A stretch of 51,878 bases of DNA from Octopus sinensis (Eukaryota). The stretch is from contig NW_021833990.1 in the NCBI RefSeq assembly GCF_006345805.1, positions 1-51,878 on the forward strand, read 5' to 3'. The position numbers and the translations under genes are program-made. A model generated the notes under the pieces. It searched no databases, was not told where the DNA came from, and was given only the letters and a program-made list of their open reading frames with translations. Within the stretch, counting starts at the first letter, position 1, and the number at the start of each line of letters is the position of its first letter. Below are positions 1-12,639 of the stretch, piece after piece.

Positions 1-300
1 GATTGGTCTGTACCTCCTTTAGCTGTTTCAAGAATTCTGAAAAGAATTGAAAAAACCTGGAAATTACTTAAGCCGTGATCGCTCTGGAATACCACAAGTA
101 ACAACACCTCAAACTGGTCATTTTATCTACCACTGTACAAGAGCAAATCCTTTCTCTTCTGCAAGTGAGAGACAAGCCCAGTTACCAGCAAATAATAACA
201 AAAAACAACACCAAGATTATCAACAATTGAGGACCGTTTAGTAAAAAGTTTAAAGCTCAGAACCAACCAGCAAAAACAAAAAGAAAAATTTTAAACAGAT
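1..300 (+). mobile_element. Tc1-like transposase N-terminal (HTH) remnant, frameshifted
   Basis: Reads ...AVSRILKRIEK.. then SRDRSGIPQVTTPQTGHFIYHCTRANPFSSASE, matching the Tc1 pattern vsrilkr..G...RsGRPr.tt...dr.i.r....npf.sa.e; nt 1-55 also match 18970-19020. Confidence 0.7.
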
Positions 301-304
301 AATA

Positions 305-469
305 AGCGCAGGAGTGGCTGTGTGGTAAGTAGCTAGCTTACCAACCACATGGTTTCGGGTTCAGTCCCACTGCATGGCATCTTGGTCAAGTGTTTTTTAC
401 TATAGCCTCAGGCCGACCAAAGCCTTGTGAGTGGATTTGGTAGACGGAAACTTAAAGAAGCCTGTCGTA

Positions 470-553
<84 letters not shown>

Positions 554-778
554 TGTGTGTATGTGTGTGTGTGTGTGTTTGTGTGTGTGTGTTTTCCCCC
601 CAACATCGCTTGACAAACGATGCTGGTGTGTTTGCGTCCCTGTAACTTAGCGGTTCGGTAAAAGAGACGATAGAACAAGTACTAGGCCTACAAAAACTAA
701 GTCCTGAGGTCGATTTGCTCGACTAAAGGCGATGCTCCAGCATGGCCGCAGTCAAATGACTGAAACAATAAAAGAGTA
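305..778 (+). mobile_element. tRNA-derived SINE family 1 with internal (TA)n/(TG)n
   Basis: Head GCGCAGGAGTGGCTGTGTGGTAAG with A-box-like TGGCTGTGTGG and B-box-like GGTTCAGTCCC; five further copies in the window. Confidence 0.85.
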
Positions 779-879
779 TAGAGTAAAGAGAGTAACCAAG
801 AAAACTATTCAAAATCGAATTAAATTTCGGGTAAGTATTTCTCTTGCAGTTGTCTGGCTAAGAAAATAGCATCAGTAAT

Positions 880-1177
880 GCTTCTCCCCGTGGCAAAGCT
901 AATCTGGTTTTTGTCCAGTCTAATTCTGTTCCTAACCGTAACCCTAACCAATTCAATGGATCACACTAATGTTTACTGATGAAATATTAATTCCTAAATA
1001 CCAAAGCTATTAACCTCAGGTAAGAAGAGCAAAAGGTGAGCAGCTGAATGTAAAGTATACAGGTTTTAAATGGGACATTGGTTCCATCATCGACATTCCA
1101 ATGACGGAGCTTTGTATGTTTGTTAGAAAACAGCCTCTTCTTCAGGAGAATGTCAAGTATTAAAACCAGGAGAGAAA
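880..1177 (+). mobile_element. Possible very degenerate R4-like endonuclease C-terminus ending in (CATA)n
   Basis: Frames give GKANLVFV, EILIP, YTGFKWDI(V)PII, loosely matching the RLE region translated at 16450-16700; runs directly into (CATA)n. Confidence 0.35.
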
Positions 1178-1740
1178 CATACATACATACATACATACAT
1201 ACATACATACATACATACATACATACATACACACACACATACACACACATGCATTCATATACACACATACACACTTACACGCTCGCACATACACATAGAT
1301 ACCTACATACATACATACAAGCATGCACACATACACACATAGATACATATATGCATACATACAAACACATACATGCTTGTGTACATACATACACACACAT
1401 ACATGCATGCATACACACATACATAGATGCAGGAATGTTCCTTTAGGGATAGAATCACATAGATAGAGCGAGAGTAGGGAGAGAGAGAAATATAGAGCGA
1501 CAGAGGTAGAGGCATTGAAAGGACAACGGAGAGAGAGAGAGTCATTATCACGGAGAGATATATACACAGTGATAGAGGGAGAGAGATTAGATGTAGAGAC
1601 ATAAACACAGACAGACAGACGAACGGACGGGGGGACAGACAGACAGACAGAAAGACAGACAGACAGACGGACGGACAGACGGACGGACGGACGGACGGAC
1701 GGACGGACACACAGATAGATAGATAGTTGATGGATGGATG

Positions 1741-1789
<49 letters not shown>

Positions 1790-1800
1790 TTATATAGACA
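1178..1800. repeat. Compound microsatellite (CATA)n, (CA)n, (GA)n, (GACA)/(GGAC)/(GATA)n
   Basis: Direct inspection. Confidence 0.95.
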
Positions 1801-1959
1801 TAGAGAAAGGGTGAAAGATTGAGGGGCAATGAGAGAAAGGATGAGAATGACGGTTGATGAGAGACTATTACATGGCTATGGTACATTTAACACACAGCTC
1901 CTTGTTAATAGGGAAACTGTAAGGAATCTCTATGGGGACACTGGACCCATGTCTCTCCA

Positions 1960-2520
1960 TAACTGAAACAGGAAAAGTAAGGCAACACCATTTGCAGGGG
2001 TTCCAACCCCAGAGAGAAAAAGAAAACCGGATTGATTCATGGTTTATCCTCAGACAGACACCTCGTCTCACAGTAAACTCCTCCAAAGAAAACAAAATAC
2101 TAAAAATAACAGCCAAATATCTCTCAAATCATTCCTTCAATTATTAGAAAGGAAATACATTGGTGGACAATGCATATGAATAGAGAGGGTGGTGGTCAAG
2201 GTTAGAACGTCTTGTATCATAGATCTACTCCCGCAACACTGACATGTTGCTAAACCAAGAAAATGATAATTCTCTCACCTTTTGCGAGTCTCTCAATTTC
2301 AATGATATACGTACAACAAATACTGGGAAACAAAAAGTAAGCCAATTTCTTAAAAGCATCAATAATATTTCTCAACCAACAAAACAACCTTCCTCTGTGC
2401 TTTCCTGATCAAAACAGAACCCAAGTGGTGGTAGACAGACTGTATTGTCAGAACTATGCTTGAACCGGAGTAAACTATTTCCTGTGCATGTGAAATATAC
2501 AATCAAAATCTATAAAGCTG
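1960..2520 (+). mobile_element. Degenerate R4-like RT fragment (domains 1-2), near-copy of 18085-18625
   Basis: Near-identical to 18085-18625; remnants of KNyrpI.l...f.LL and qkG.r.g..gc.dlL motifs with frameshifts. Confidence 0.7.
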
Positions 2521-2719
2521 AAATGCGAAAAATTTGTTTGCCTCATTTTGGGATGGGAACGGTTTAAGGGCCGGTAGATGAAGTCAGATTGGCTCCATAA
2601 TTTACAGAGACATATAAAATGAGGTGATGAAGCAACTGCACTAGGTTAGAAACCCTTATCTCAAAAGCTGTGGTTACTAGGGCAACAAAACCCAAACTTT
2701 GACAAGTGTTTGTTGTTTC

Positions 2720-3520
2720 TCTCTTTTGGATATCAGTGTTTTTCTTCTACCAGTGCAATCAACTTGGTATGTTTACTTCTCCGTTGTAAGTTTGATAGTA
2801 AAAGTCAATAAGTTACCTACATAGAAAGTCAGTTTTGGGTTCTACCATCCGACAATCAATTCTCTTTTGGCTGCTTTCTTCTCTACAGCTTTGTTACAAT
2901 CACAAAATTCCCACCATTGATCCCTTTGGTTTCTGTTTAAATCGAGAGACAATAATTCCATCATATCGTTTCTCAAAACCTGCAATCTGAATCAAACCCT
3001 TTACTTCTCCCCAGATTTTCCTTCCCAATGAACGACCCCCTACTTTCCTGTGAACGAGTATCTGTGACATTCATTGATTGACCCCCCTCATATCTCATTG
3101 AGCAACTGATTGGTTGCGATGTAATTATTGGTTAATTAATTTATTCTCATCTCCTCTTCCTGCTACCACGTTTCTACTCTCAGCTCTCCGCTCCTCTTCC
3201 AGACTAATTCATTTATACTCATTTCATCTGTCTCTAAACATTGTTCCCATTTTATTTTTCGGCGGACTTGGTTGGTGTGGTGAGGGTTACTCATTTGTTT
3301 GTTGGTGTGTGATAAGCAACAGAGCATAACTGATCGAGAATTCCGTAGATCAACAATCTATTGTTTACCTTGTTCTTTCATTACATCCGCCTTCCTTAAG
3401 GCGGAGGTATTTTTTAAGTCGTGTTTGTTAGTCTGTCCGTGGACAAGATTCTCAAGAACCGGTGGATGGATTCGCATGAAACTTTCAGGGATGTTTGGCC
3501 TCGTGACTGGCACGAACCTA
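2720..3520. repeat. ~800-bp block duplicated at 28205-28968
   Basis: Colinear, roughly 95% identical by eye, from TTTTCTTCTACCAGTGCA to CCTCGTGACTGGCACGAAC. Confidence 0.9.
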
Positions 3521-3735
3521 TTAGATTTTGGAATTGATCAGCTACTGGACAAGGATTCTGGATTATTTTTCCTATTTTTTTACTTAATTATTGAGAGCGT
3601 TCGGATTCATTTTTAGTATTCTCTTAGAGCAGTCGAGTTTATTTCAGGTATTCTCATTTTAAAACTCATCTCTGGCTAATCGTTGAGAGGACGTTGGTGT
3701 TGCCTTGGCGGAGGTTTGTGCTCTTGTTATTCTTT
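3378..3735 (+). mobile_element. Non-autonomous Helentron-type element (HINE/DINE-like)
   Basis: 5' palindrome TCCGCC-ttccttaa-GGCGGA, GTCTGTCCGT tract, 3' subterminal CCTTGGCGGAGG followed by GCTCT and a T-rich end. Confidence 0.6.
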
Positions 3736-3861
3736 TAATGGTTCAGTCGTGGTATTGCTGCCATACTGGAGCACCACCTGAATTTATTTTCTTTCAGTTT
3801 TGTTCTCACTCTATGGCTGGAAGTTGGTCCATTACTGGATTTGTAGCAGCTGGTCTTCCCT

Positions 3862-3960
3862 GAGTGTATCCTTGAATGGTTGCCTGGTCTGGTATCATCA
3901 TTCGGAGTGTATCCTTGAATGGTCGTCGCCTGGTCCGGTATCATCATTCGGAGTGTATCC
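3862..3960. repeat. Tandem repeat, 43/46-bp unit, 2.2 copies
   Basis: GAGTGTATCCTTGAATGG...TATCATCATTCG at 3862 and 3905, partial at 3951. Confidence 0.9.
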
Positions 3961-4796
3961 AATGTTATTGTTTTATTTTGTAATGTTTCACTTGAAGTTC
4001 CGTTTTTACTTCTGACTTCTTTTGGTAGGTAGTTGAAGAATTGGGGGCCTCTGAAAATCAGGCGGGTACAAAGGGGTGTTTTTGCTTGTGATTTTGAAGG
4101 TGATATATTTGGAAGCTGACAGTGTCAGCATTAAAGCTCTCTCTCTCTATCAAAATTGGGAACACATAACCGTCCAGGATTTTCCATATGTATATTATAC
4201 TCTCTCTCTCTCTCCCTTTGCCATTCAAGAAAATAGAGACACAGAGCTTTCAGACGTACCCAGGAATTAAGGCTTTCAACCAAATTTATTCTACTGATGA
4301 ACGTTGTCAGTATTTATGCTGTTGCAAATCTTCTCCAATTCCGTGACTCATACTATTTCTTTGTTTGATTTTTAAGTGAGTTATAATCTTTGACGGATTC
4401 TTTTCTGGTGGAGGAGTTTTTAAACATGAAGCAATTTATTAAAAGACATCTCTAAAAATAGACTTTCTGTGTTTCTGATCCTCGCCCCACCAGCTGATAG
4501 CATACGTTTTATAGTTGTATGGTTTCGCTGATAAAATGTTGCGGACCTTCATTTTGGATACGCGATGAAGTACTAAGTGCAGAGGGGTCATCCTTATTGT
4601 TATGCAGCATGGTAACAGAGTGTGGAGCCTGTTTGCTGTTGAAGAAATGCTTGTCTAAGAAAATGTCTCCGCCATGATATTTGTGCAGTGTTTACAGCTT
4701 CAGAAATCAGATTACATTCATCACTTTTTAGAAATGATTTCATCAACTATTCTTTTACGTTCAACAAATGTTAATAGTTGGTGGAATTGTTTGGCC

Positions 4797-5112
4797 GTGA
4801 GGGCGCGTGGCTTAGTGGTCAGTGTGTTCCACTCAATGATTGTAAGGTCGTAAATTCGATGCCTGGCGGAGTGCTATGTCCTATCCTTGAGCAACACACT
4901 TTATTTCACGTTCTCGCCATTCCACTCAGCTTGCTAAAAGGAGTAATTCAAAGAGCCAGCCTTGTTGCATTCTGTGTCACGCAGAATCTCTCTAGAAACT
5001 ACGTGAAAGGTACGCGTGTCTGTGGAGTACTCAGCCACTGGCACGTTAATTTCATGGACAGACTGTTCCATCGATTGGATCAACTGGAACGCTCACCATC
5101 GTAAACGATACA
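4797..5112 (+). mobile_element. tRNA-derived SINE (family 3)
   Basis: GGCGCGTGGCTTAGTGGTCAG A-box-like head, TAAATTCGATGCC B-box-like, then TCCTTGAGCAACACAC core. Confidence 0.65.
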
Positions 5113-5114
5113 GT

Positions 5115-5330
5115 ACCTCCTATCTCTGTCTCTTTCGCCGTGAAATGATTGAGATCTTGATGAAGCTTACCAAAGTATGATTTCAGACATTTCATAGAGC
5201 TAGCATCGGGATCGTCTTTTGCCAATTGATATGAGTTAAGTTGGCCATTATTCCATTCATGATTGGCACATAAATGGATTTATAAAATTAAAACTAATCA
5301 CTTCTATATCTGCAATCAAAAAGATAGCGT
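5115..5330 (-). mobile_element. R4-like N-terminal remnant related to the CATA-associated family
   Basis: Minus frame LNSYQLAKDDPDASSMKCLKSYFGKLHQDLNHFTAK resembles LNCYRRAKQNP...DDLHPQLNHFTAK at ~17545-17650. Confidence 0.5.
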
Positions 5331-6139
5331 TTACTTTCTTTCCCTGTTTTGCGCCATTGTTGCGGTTGGATTCATTATTTTTCTCTTTAGCTGCGTGAAA
5401 TGTAGAGTATTGCTGTCAGGGAGATATCTTATGATAGTAGAATAGTATTTTAACTGCTGTTTCTAAATTTCGGTGTCTGGTGAAGCAAATTTTGCTAAAC
5501 ACTAATTATAATTATGCACGTAATTATAGAAATTTTGTATAAGTTTACCGATAATGGTTCTTTTAACATACCGAACTGCTTTGTAAAATTATTAATTATT
5601 AATTGATTAATTAATTTTACACTTTATCATGTGTATATATATATATGGCCTGATAGCGAGACAGTCACCTCGGCGACGGAAACAGGAGTTCTGAAAATAT
5701 ATTTTCCAGATATTTCTAATCTATTTACAACATGTAGAGATGCGTTGAATTCAAGATGGGGGCGACAAAAATGCTTGTGGCACCGAGGATATGTATATAT
5801 TCTTTTATTCTTTTACATGTTTAAGCCATTTGACTGCGACCATTTTGCAGCACCGTCATGTGGATGTGTGTGGGTAAATGTTTTTCTAAATGTATTTGAT
5901 AATCTCAAAATATTTTATGAAAGATCTTGTAAATGTCTAGGGAGAGTCATTCTCTTTTAGTGGGTTTTTTTTTTACTTTTAAAATTTATTAACTGTTTAA
6001 AATTTATTTAGAGAATAGAATGTCACAAAGCCTTTGTATTTTGTATGTAACCACTTTCGTTGTTGAACTTCTACAAAACACGTGTTCTGGGGTAATGCGT
6101 GTAGAGAAACTTGTTTTTAATAATCAGTTTGGTTTAGTT

Positions 6140-6490
6140 TCAGATTGGGAAGTCTTATAAAGTGCCTTTCATAGCTGGATATTTTCGTCTTTTATTTTGT
6201 AAAAAGGGAATATTTTCTACTTTTCATTCGCACAAATGTTTACATGTTTATTACGTGGACAATTTCTAAAAGATGAATTTTTAATTTACTATTTGAGGAC
6301 GTTCAGACTGTTGGTGAAATTTGTTTCTGTTCCTCCAATGTAATTCTCGTCGAATTGTAGGCAAGTAATGCAGAAGTTGTGACGTTTTTTTTTTTTGAAA
6401 TTCATGTTTGCATTCATTTGCAATTCCTTTAAATTCTTGATTTTGAGGGTTGTTCATTTTTCAATTCTTTTGACAGACCCAACAATGAGT
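6140..6490 (-). mobile_element. Penelope-like GIY-YIG endonuclease remnant
   Basis: Minus frame FCITCLQFDENYIGGTETN...KHVNICANEK*KIFPFYKIK...ERHFIRLPNLKLN, the PLE GIY-YIG C-terminal pattern, with stops. Confidence 0.7.
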
Positions 6491-7027
6491 CTCAACTGTT
6501 TGATTAATACACACACATACACACGCACCCAAGCCCATGCATACCTATACATAAACACACACAAACTCAAAAATGGATAGAGAATAATAATACAGAGCGC
6601 CCAGAGGCGTGGATTCGGAGAAGAAAGTCAAACAACATTATAGTTGATATCAAAATAAATTCTTTATTCGATTAGAAACAAAATAAACAAAAATCTGGAT
6701 TAAACCAGACAGAAAGATAAGATTAAGCAATGAAGAATTGTTTGAGATTATATATTTCAATGGTTTCCAGGGGTTGGGTGGTAACAGGATAGTTGTAACA
6801 GGTATTCCTAGGATAACACGCGTCATCAGTACACATAAACATGCTTTAATGTAAGAAATATTCTTTCATGGTTTCAGGCTTCGACTGCCATTTTTAGCAT
6901 GTAAGAAATCCACATGGTAGTTTTCTTGTATGTTTTCATATAATATTATATTTAAATATATGTATGTCTTCTGACTCCTGTTAAGCATGATAGCCACTGG
7001 TAAATAATTATCTAATAATTTATAAAG

Positions 7028-7029
<2 letters not shown>

Positions 7030-7059
<30 letters not shown>

Positions 7060-7315
7060 TGTATGTATGTATGTATGTATGCATGTATGTATGTATGTAT
7101 GTGTGTATGTGTGTATGTATTATGTATGTAAGCGCGTATGTGTGTATCTATGTATGTATGTGTGTATTTGTGTATGTATGTAGGTAGGTAGGTAGGTAGG
7201 TAGGTAGTTAGGTATGTAGGTAGGTAGGTAGGTAATTAGGTAGGTAGGTAGGTAGGTAGGTAGGTAGGTAGGTAGGTAGGTAGGTAGGTAGGTAGGTAGG
7301 TAGGTAGGTAGGTAT
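7030..7315. repeat. (TATG)n followed by (TAGG)n microsatellite
   Basis: Direct inspection. Confidence 0.95.
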
Positions 7316-7487
7316 AGGAGGCGGCTGAGTGTGTTTGTAACTGTGAGAATGCCCAGAACAATTATTATTATTACTACTACTACTATTATGTTACAGAACG
7401 TAGTATAGAATTCATAAAACACTTTGAAGGAATTTTGATTTTATCGAAGAATATCAAATAACTTGATAAACTTCTGCGTGATGTATT

Positions 7488-9451
7488 TCATTCTTCAAAT
7501 AAGTTTATTGTCTGGATCATTTTATCTAAAATGGTTATTGTTAACCTACGATCTGCATTTATCATAGACAATAATTTAGGTATCATAGACGTCATCAATA
7601 TCAAAGTAATCTTTGTGGATGCTGATAAGTGCAACTCTTCTAGACTTATTATATTGTTGCAAGCAAAGAAAAAGGTTACGATTAGAAACAGTTTTACAAT
7701 GGATTTACCAATCTCATTTCTCAATGGAAAACGCTGGTTAACAATTCTCTTAAACAAAGTGGTGTTTATGAATTCTTCCCCATATTTTGACTGAACTAAA
7801 TTTGGACGAAGAATTTTGGTGAGCTTTATGGATTCAAGCAGAATGAAGTCATATAAACTCTGAAATAACTTAATGGTAAAGTTAAAATCAGATAAACAAT
7901 TGGGATTCCATAATAAACGAGGCACAGAAATAATTCACAGACAGAAAATACAGCAAATAAAATTGTAATGGAAACAAAGAGCCAAAGTGTAATGAATCAC
8001 CAGAAAATATTTCTCCTGTAGTAATATAACCAAATTTTCTTTATACGGTTAATCCAAGTATAAATTATTGAATACCAGAAATTTGGGTTTAAAGCAGTAG
8101 AAACATTAGCTTCCATTACTGCATAGAGTAGATCATAATCCTGTTGTGTAGAAACATCTAAATTGCCATACTTCTCTAATAATCTAATATTTTGAATGAG
8201 AAACGTGAAAGTGGATCTTTGATGTAACGTATTATAAGCGATAGTCTCACTTAAACGACTGGGAAGAACGAAGAGGATAAAGTTGAAAGATACGTAACAG
8301 ATTAACCATACAAAGGGACCACCAAAAAAGCCATCAGTATTCTCATAACTTTCTGGGATTCCTAATATCAAGGCGCGATGTCCCAATGGTATACCATCTT
8401 GGAAAAGTATTGCTATTGTTTCATATAAAAAGAAGTAATGCATCAAAAGATCCAGGAAAATTACTGAAAGAGAAAATAGAATACAAAGGAATCTTCTCAG
8501 CCCCGAGGCTAAGAGAGTGGAATGGTGAAAGCAAAACAACCAAGACAGAAAATGAGAGAATGTGTAAATATTATGTTTTCCATTGATCCACTCGGATTCG
8601 TGTGGCAATGTGTTTTTAATTGTAAATAAGAATTCATCGTGAGCAAACAGTGGCAGATTGAGTTGACGGGAATGTGAAGGTAATTTAGCTTTTGATACAA
8701 AACTAATAATTAATGGGGAAAATAGCCACAAAACCCCTCCGAAAATATCTAAATAATTTTAAAAGTTATCATTTTGAATGATTTTTCCTGAACAAATGGA
8801 TTTGGGGCGATAAAGATTACTTTCATTTTTATAGAGTTTACAGCAATAGTTCTTTATAATTTCTCTATTTATGCCAATTCTTCTGTAAGTTTCAAATGAG
8901 AGAGGGCTGTTCTTCTTCATGTCTTGAGACAAATTTATATAAAAACACATGTATCCAGATTCTCCCATTTGCAATTTATCGATAAATAAAATTCTTTTCA
9001 ATTCCTTGAAAATCAAATATATTAAATCGTGTCTCTGAATATTTTGTTTTCCACAAGTGATATTGATATCAATCCTTTGTTTAGCAACGTAGACGTCCAA
9101 CATATTAAAAGTGTGCATTGAAAAATCATAGGAGAAAGTTCTATATAGAGTTAAAGCGCCTGATTTATCTGGAATCCACGTAAAACTCCTCGCATTTGCA
9201 AAATAATCCAATGCCACAGGATTAAGAAGTTCATCAAGTGTCTTGTTTGATAAATGGACTTCAAAATTGAAAACCTCTTTTTCTAATTTCACTAAACGAG
9301 ATAAAATCTCACCGATATTGGGAGGGATTTTAACTTCACAATCATTGCCGAGTTCCTTCGCATCGATGTTTAGTGATATCAGTGTGATAATAAGAATGAT
9401 TGAAAGAATAAGAGAACTGGTTGCTGTTGTTGTCGTCTGCACGGCAGCCAT
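7488..9451 (-). pseudogene. Orphan signal-peptide/ectodomain/multi-pass membrane protein, copy 1 (disrupted)
   Basis: ORFs 8759-9451 and 7997-8731 are in one frame, split by TAA at 8759-8761. The frame continues past TGA at 7997-7999. A ~260-bp deletion relative to copy 2 near 7850 then shifts the C-terminus into ORF 7488-7925. Protein-level conservation with the paralog at 39860-42070. Confidence 0.8.
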
Positions 9452-9461
9452 ATTTGGTTAT

Positions 9462-9482
9462 CTGTAAAAATATGAAAAAATA
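9462..9482 (-). promoter_or_regulatory. 3' splice acceptor just upstream of the start codon of copy 1
   Basis: Minus strand TTTTTTCATATTTTTACAG|ATAACCAAATATG; the paralog has TTGTTTTTCTCTTACAG|AAAACGAAAT at 42082-42098. Confidence 0.55.
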
Positions 9483-10059
9483 GAGCATATTAAGTAATGA
9501 AGATTCAACTCCGTTTCTTTATTTCATAGACATTTGCAATGTTACGAAATAATCATAAGTGTTGTGGTCAATGTATCTGAGAAATCAATGCATTTTTCTG
9601 TTGCCGAGTACCTCTTTTATGGTTAAACATATCCCCGTTTCAAGGTCAATATTTTCTATTCAACGGTTGCAGGAGATTTTCTATTGCATTCGATGCTACC
9701 TAGTTCAAGGTATTAAAATTAGCATCATAACTGAATCAAGTTATATTTGAACTGAAAATACGGAGGTTTTAATGTAGATGGTAAAGATATATGAAATGAG
9801 TATGAATTTCATTTCAAATAGATTCAAAATGGAACGCTAAGAAATGACCATGTATGAGTACGTTTCTAGTAGACCTGAAGATGATAGTAACACAGAGATG
9901 AAACGAAACCCCTTTTGGACTCATGACCGATACATCACACTAGGCTTCGAAAGATATGCATTTACAGTCCAAGAACGGGAGATTGCTACTAAATACCTAA
10001 TCAATAAAAGAGACATTGAAGCCATTGGCGTTCTAAGGGGCAGCTGAAAATATAGATGA

Positions 10060-10400
10060 ATCATCGTCATCATCATCATCGTAGTCGCTGTCATCATCGT
10101 CCTTGTCATCTTCATCATAATCCTCATCATCCTCATCATTTCACGTCTGCTTTTCATGCTGGCATGGTTTGGACGATTTGACAGGAGCTGGCTAGGCAAA
10201 AGCCTGCACAAGGCTTCAGTGTATGTTTTAGCATGGTTTTTAGGGCTGGATGCCCTTCCTAACCAACAAGCCGGAAGAGTGTCAGGTTTGGCAAGATTTT
10301 TACAGCTGGATGCCCTTCGAAAATACCAACCACTTCACAGTGTGGATTGGTGGCTCTTTACCTGGCACCAACATTTGCAGGGTCACCAAGTAATTTGCAA
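10060..10400 (-). mobile_element. Short retroposon/SINE with (ATG)n tail
   Basis: (CAT)n on plus, then a body containing GCTGGATGCCCTTC twice; recalled as a common RTE-type 3' end, not verified. Confidence 0.45.
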
Positions 10401-10769
10401 GACAAATATTCTTTCAGACGGGGAGGGAGCATTGGAAGAAGTGATGTTGTGCCAGATGAAGAGAGGTTGGTGTGACAGAAACAGGTGTGCATTCATGCTA
10501 AGGTAAGCGTAACAAGTCAGATATTGTTGTCTGGGGCAGGCAAGAAAAAGAATGTACCGTCGTACAGGTCGGTTGCCCTGCTGATGGGAATATCTCTTTG
10601 AAAATCAAAAACAAAGAAGGTAATTATGGACAAATGCATTGTAACTTCCAGCTTCTATATCCAGATTATGAATTTGCATTCATTCCAATAATAATCCTTT
10701 CTACATTAGGCCTGAAATATTTGCGGGAGGAGCACCTCGATTACATCGAAAGAGATACTTGAATACACA

Positions 10770-12557
10770 AAAAGCTCAGCCAAGAATTAAGAATTAGTTA
10801 GAATGTTTTAGAAAAATGCAAGATGCTGTGCAATAACGCAGCCCTGTTGAAATGTTTGAGGAAATGCAAACACCAGAAATATATGACTACACAGCGAAAG
10901 AAAACGCTCGATATTCTGCGGCCCGGAAGGATTAAAACCGAAACCTTTTCTGTAGATGAATGGAAACAGTTCTTGGAGTTCTAATATATTCTAGTTATCT
11001 TAGGTTACCCCTCACAAGAAACCACTGGTCAAGTGACGAAGATCTGGGTGTGCCATTAATCAAAACTGCTATTACAAGAAATCCACTCCAGCATCTTTAA
11101 AGCACCATTCACTTCAGAATAACGAAAATTGTGAGGAGAATAAAGATGATAAATGTTATGCAGTTCGTTTTCTCTTTAATATGGTTCAGAATTCCTTCAA
11201 GAGATTCGAAATTTTTGAAAAGAGTCTGTCAGTCGATGTAATGGTGGTCAACTACTATGGGGGCATAATTCACTCAAACAATTTATAAAAGGGAAACCCA
11301 TAAGATTTCGTTACAAATTTTGGGCATTGTGCGGTGTTTCACAATTTTTGTTACAACTTTGATCTGTATTGTGGCAAGAGAATTAAAAAAGGACCCGAAG
11401 ACGATCTTCCACTTGGAAGGAGAGTTTCTTGGAGTGGTAGATGATCCTTGGTCACAATCCGTATATTTTGATAATATATTCACAAAGTATGATCTGTTAG
11501 TGCACCTCGGGCAAATGGGATTTGAAACAACTGCTACGAGAGATAATTGTCTCAAGAGATGTCCTCTAAAGGAAAGAGCATTGATGAGAAAGGAGCCAAG
11601 ATGTTGATATGATTATAGATTTGAAATCAATAATGAAATCTTTGTAGTTAGTTGGCTTGACACTAAATATTTGAGAATTGGGACTAATCCTGATTCAGTC
11701 GAACCCATTTGCAATGTACAACGCTAGAGTAAAGGAAGTAAAAGCAAGGGCAATGTGACCCGACCCCATGTTTGCGGCTCATATAACAATTGCATGGGTG
11801 GAGTTGACAAGCCCGACTGGTTGGTGTCAAAATGTGCAACCTCAATTAGACGCATAAAGTGGTGCAGACCATTGTTGGCTAGAGTTATTGATAGGACTGT
11901 TGTCAATGCATGGACTATTTACAAACTGATCAACGAGGGAAAGGAGGAAACATAAATATTTACTCGATTTCAGGAGATATCTATGCGTTTCATATCTAAA
12001 GCTCTCCACTGCTAAGCAATCTGAACAATAAACAAAGACGATCACACCATCCACACCAATTGCTGACGTTCAATTTGATTTGAAAGGCCATATAATAGCT
12101 AAACGAGATCAGCAACGACGTTGTCAAAATAAGTCGTACAACAGGAAACCACTAAATTATTGTGAAAAGAGCAACGTCACCCTGAGTCTAGACTGTTTTG
12201 GCCCATTTCCTTAAGGCATAGTCTTATAAATTGATTTCTTTCAATCTTTTATATTTTTGCAGTTTTTGTATTTCAGTCTATTATTTCGCTGTATTCTTTC
12301 AAAAACTTTAGCCATTTTACATACAAACTTTAATACCAATAGAATATATTAACATATAACATATGAGGGATTTTGACTTTATGAATATATCACATTGAGC
12401 CAGGGTCCTCTTTATGGGAAACCCGTCTATTTCCATTTCTACTTGAAGTAAAGCAGTTTTTATAATTGATTTTCTTTCATTTTACCCTTTTTTTTCAATA
12501 ATCTTTGAAAATTTAAAAGTAATATTCAAACATTTCATTACTCTGGAATTTAATGGG
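10770..12557 (+). mobile_element. Degenerate piggyBac transposon with right end
   Basis: FLGVLIYSSY..LP..R.HWS.DEDL, LSVD, KQFIKGKPIRF.YKFWALC, VYFDNIFT, YNNCMGGVDKPDW, Cys-rich tail remnant; ends ...AATGGG|TTAA (TTAA at 12558-12561). Confidence 0.9.
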
Positions 12558-12639
12558 TTAAATTATCAAAAACAGAAGAGAGAGAAATATATATATATGT
12601 AACATACATACATGTACCGAGCAATTGTTAATAAAGAAA

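Noticed and set aside
931-949. CCTAACCGTAACCCTAACC as an interstitial telomere
   Set aside because: Only about three imperfect units.
400-1886. ORFs rich in YI, IHTY, CMYV, SVRP (also 13215-13620, 16611-17274, 25839-26459, 33476-33978, 35410-36907, 46144-47098, 50058-50489)
   Set aside because: Translations of microsatellites that lack stop codons; no coding evidence.
2720-3330. Assignment of the duplicated flank to a degenerate R4 LINE on the minus strand (GEVKGLIQI-like string)
   Set aside because: Similarity too weak and fragmented to support by eye.
3862-3960. 43/46-bp repeats as a CRISPR array
   Set aside because: Head-to-tail with no spacers; eukaryotic context; no cas genes.
7997-8761. 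Idea that A-to-I editing could recode the in-frame TAA (8759-8761) and TGA (7997-7999) of copy 1 to Trp and rescue the gene
   Set aside because: The paralog has Leu and Lys codons at those sites, and a deletion frameshift near 7850 would still truncate the protein at ..SFCLNP*.
9875-9915. CTGAAGA...GAAAC hammerhead-like string (similar at 45217-45275)
   Set aside because: No convincing stems I-III.
10156-10506. 116-aa ORF (also 4778-5104, 26912-27075, 42726-43092) as host genes
   Set aside because: They overlap SINE/element B sequence and are incidental open frames.
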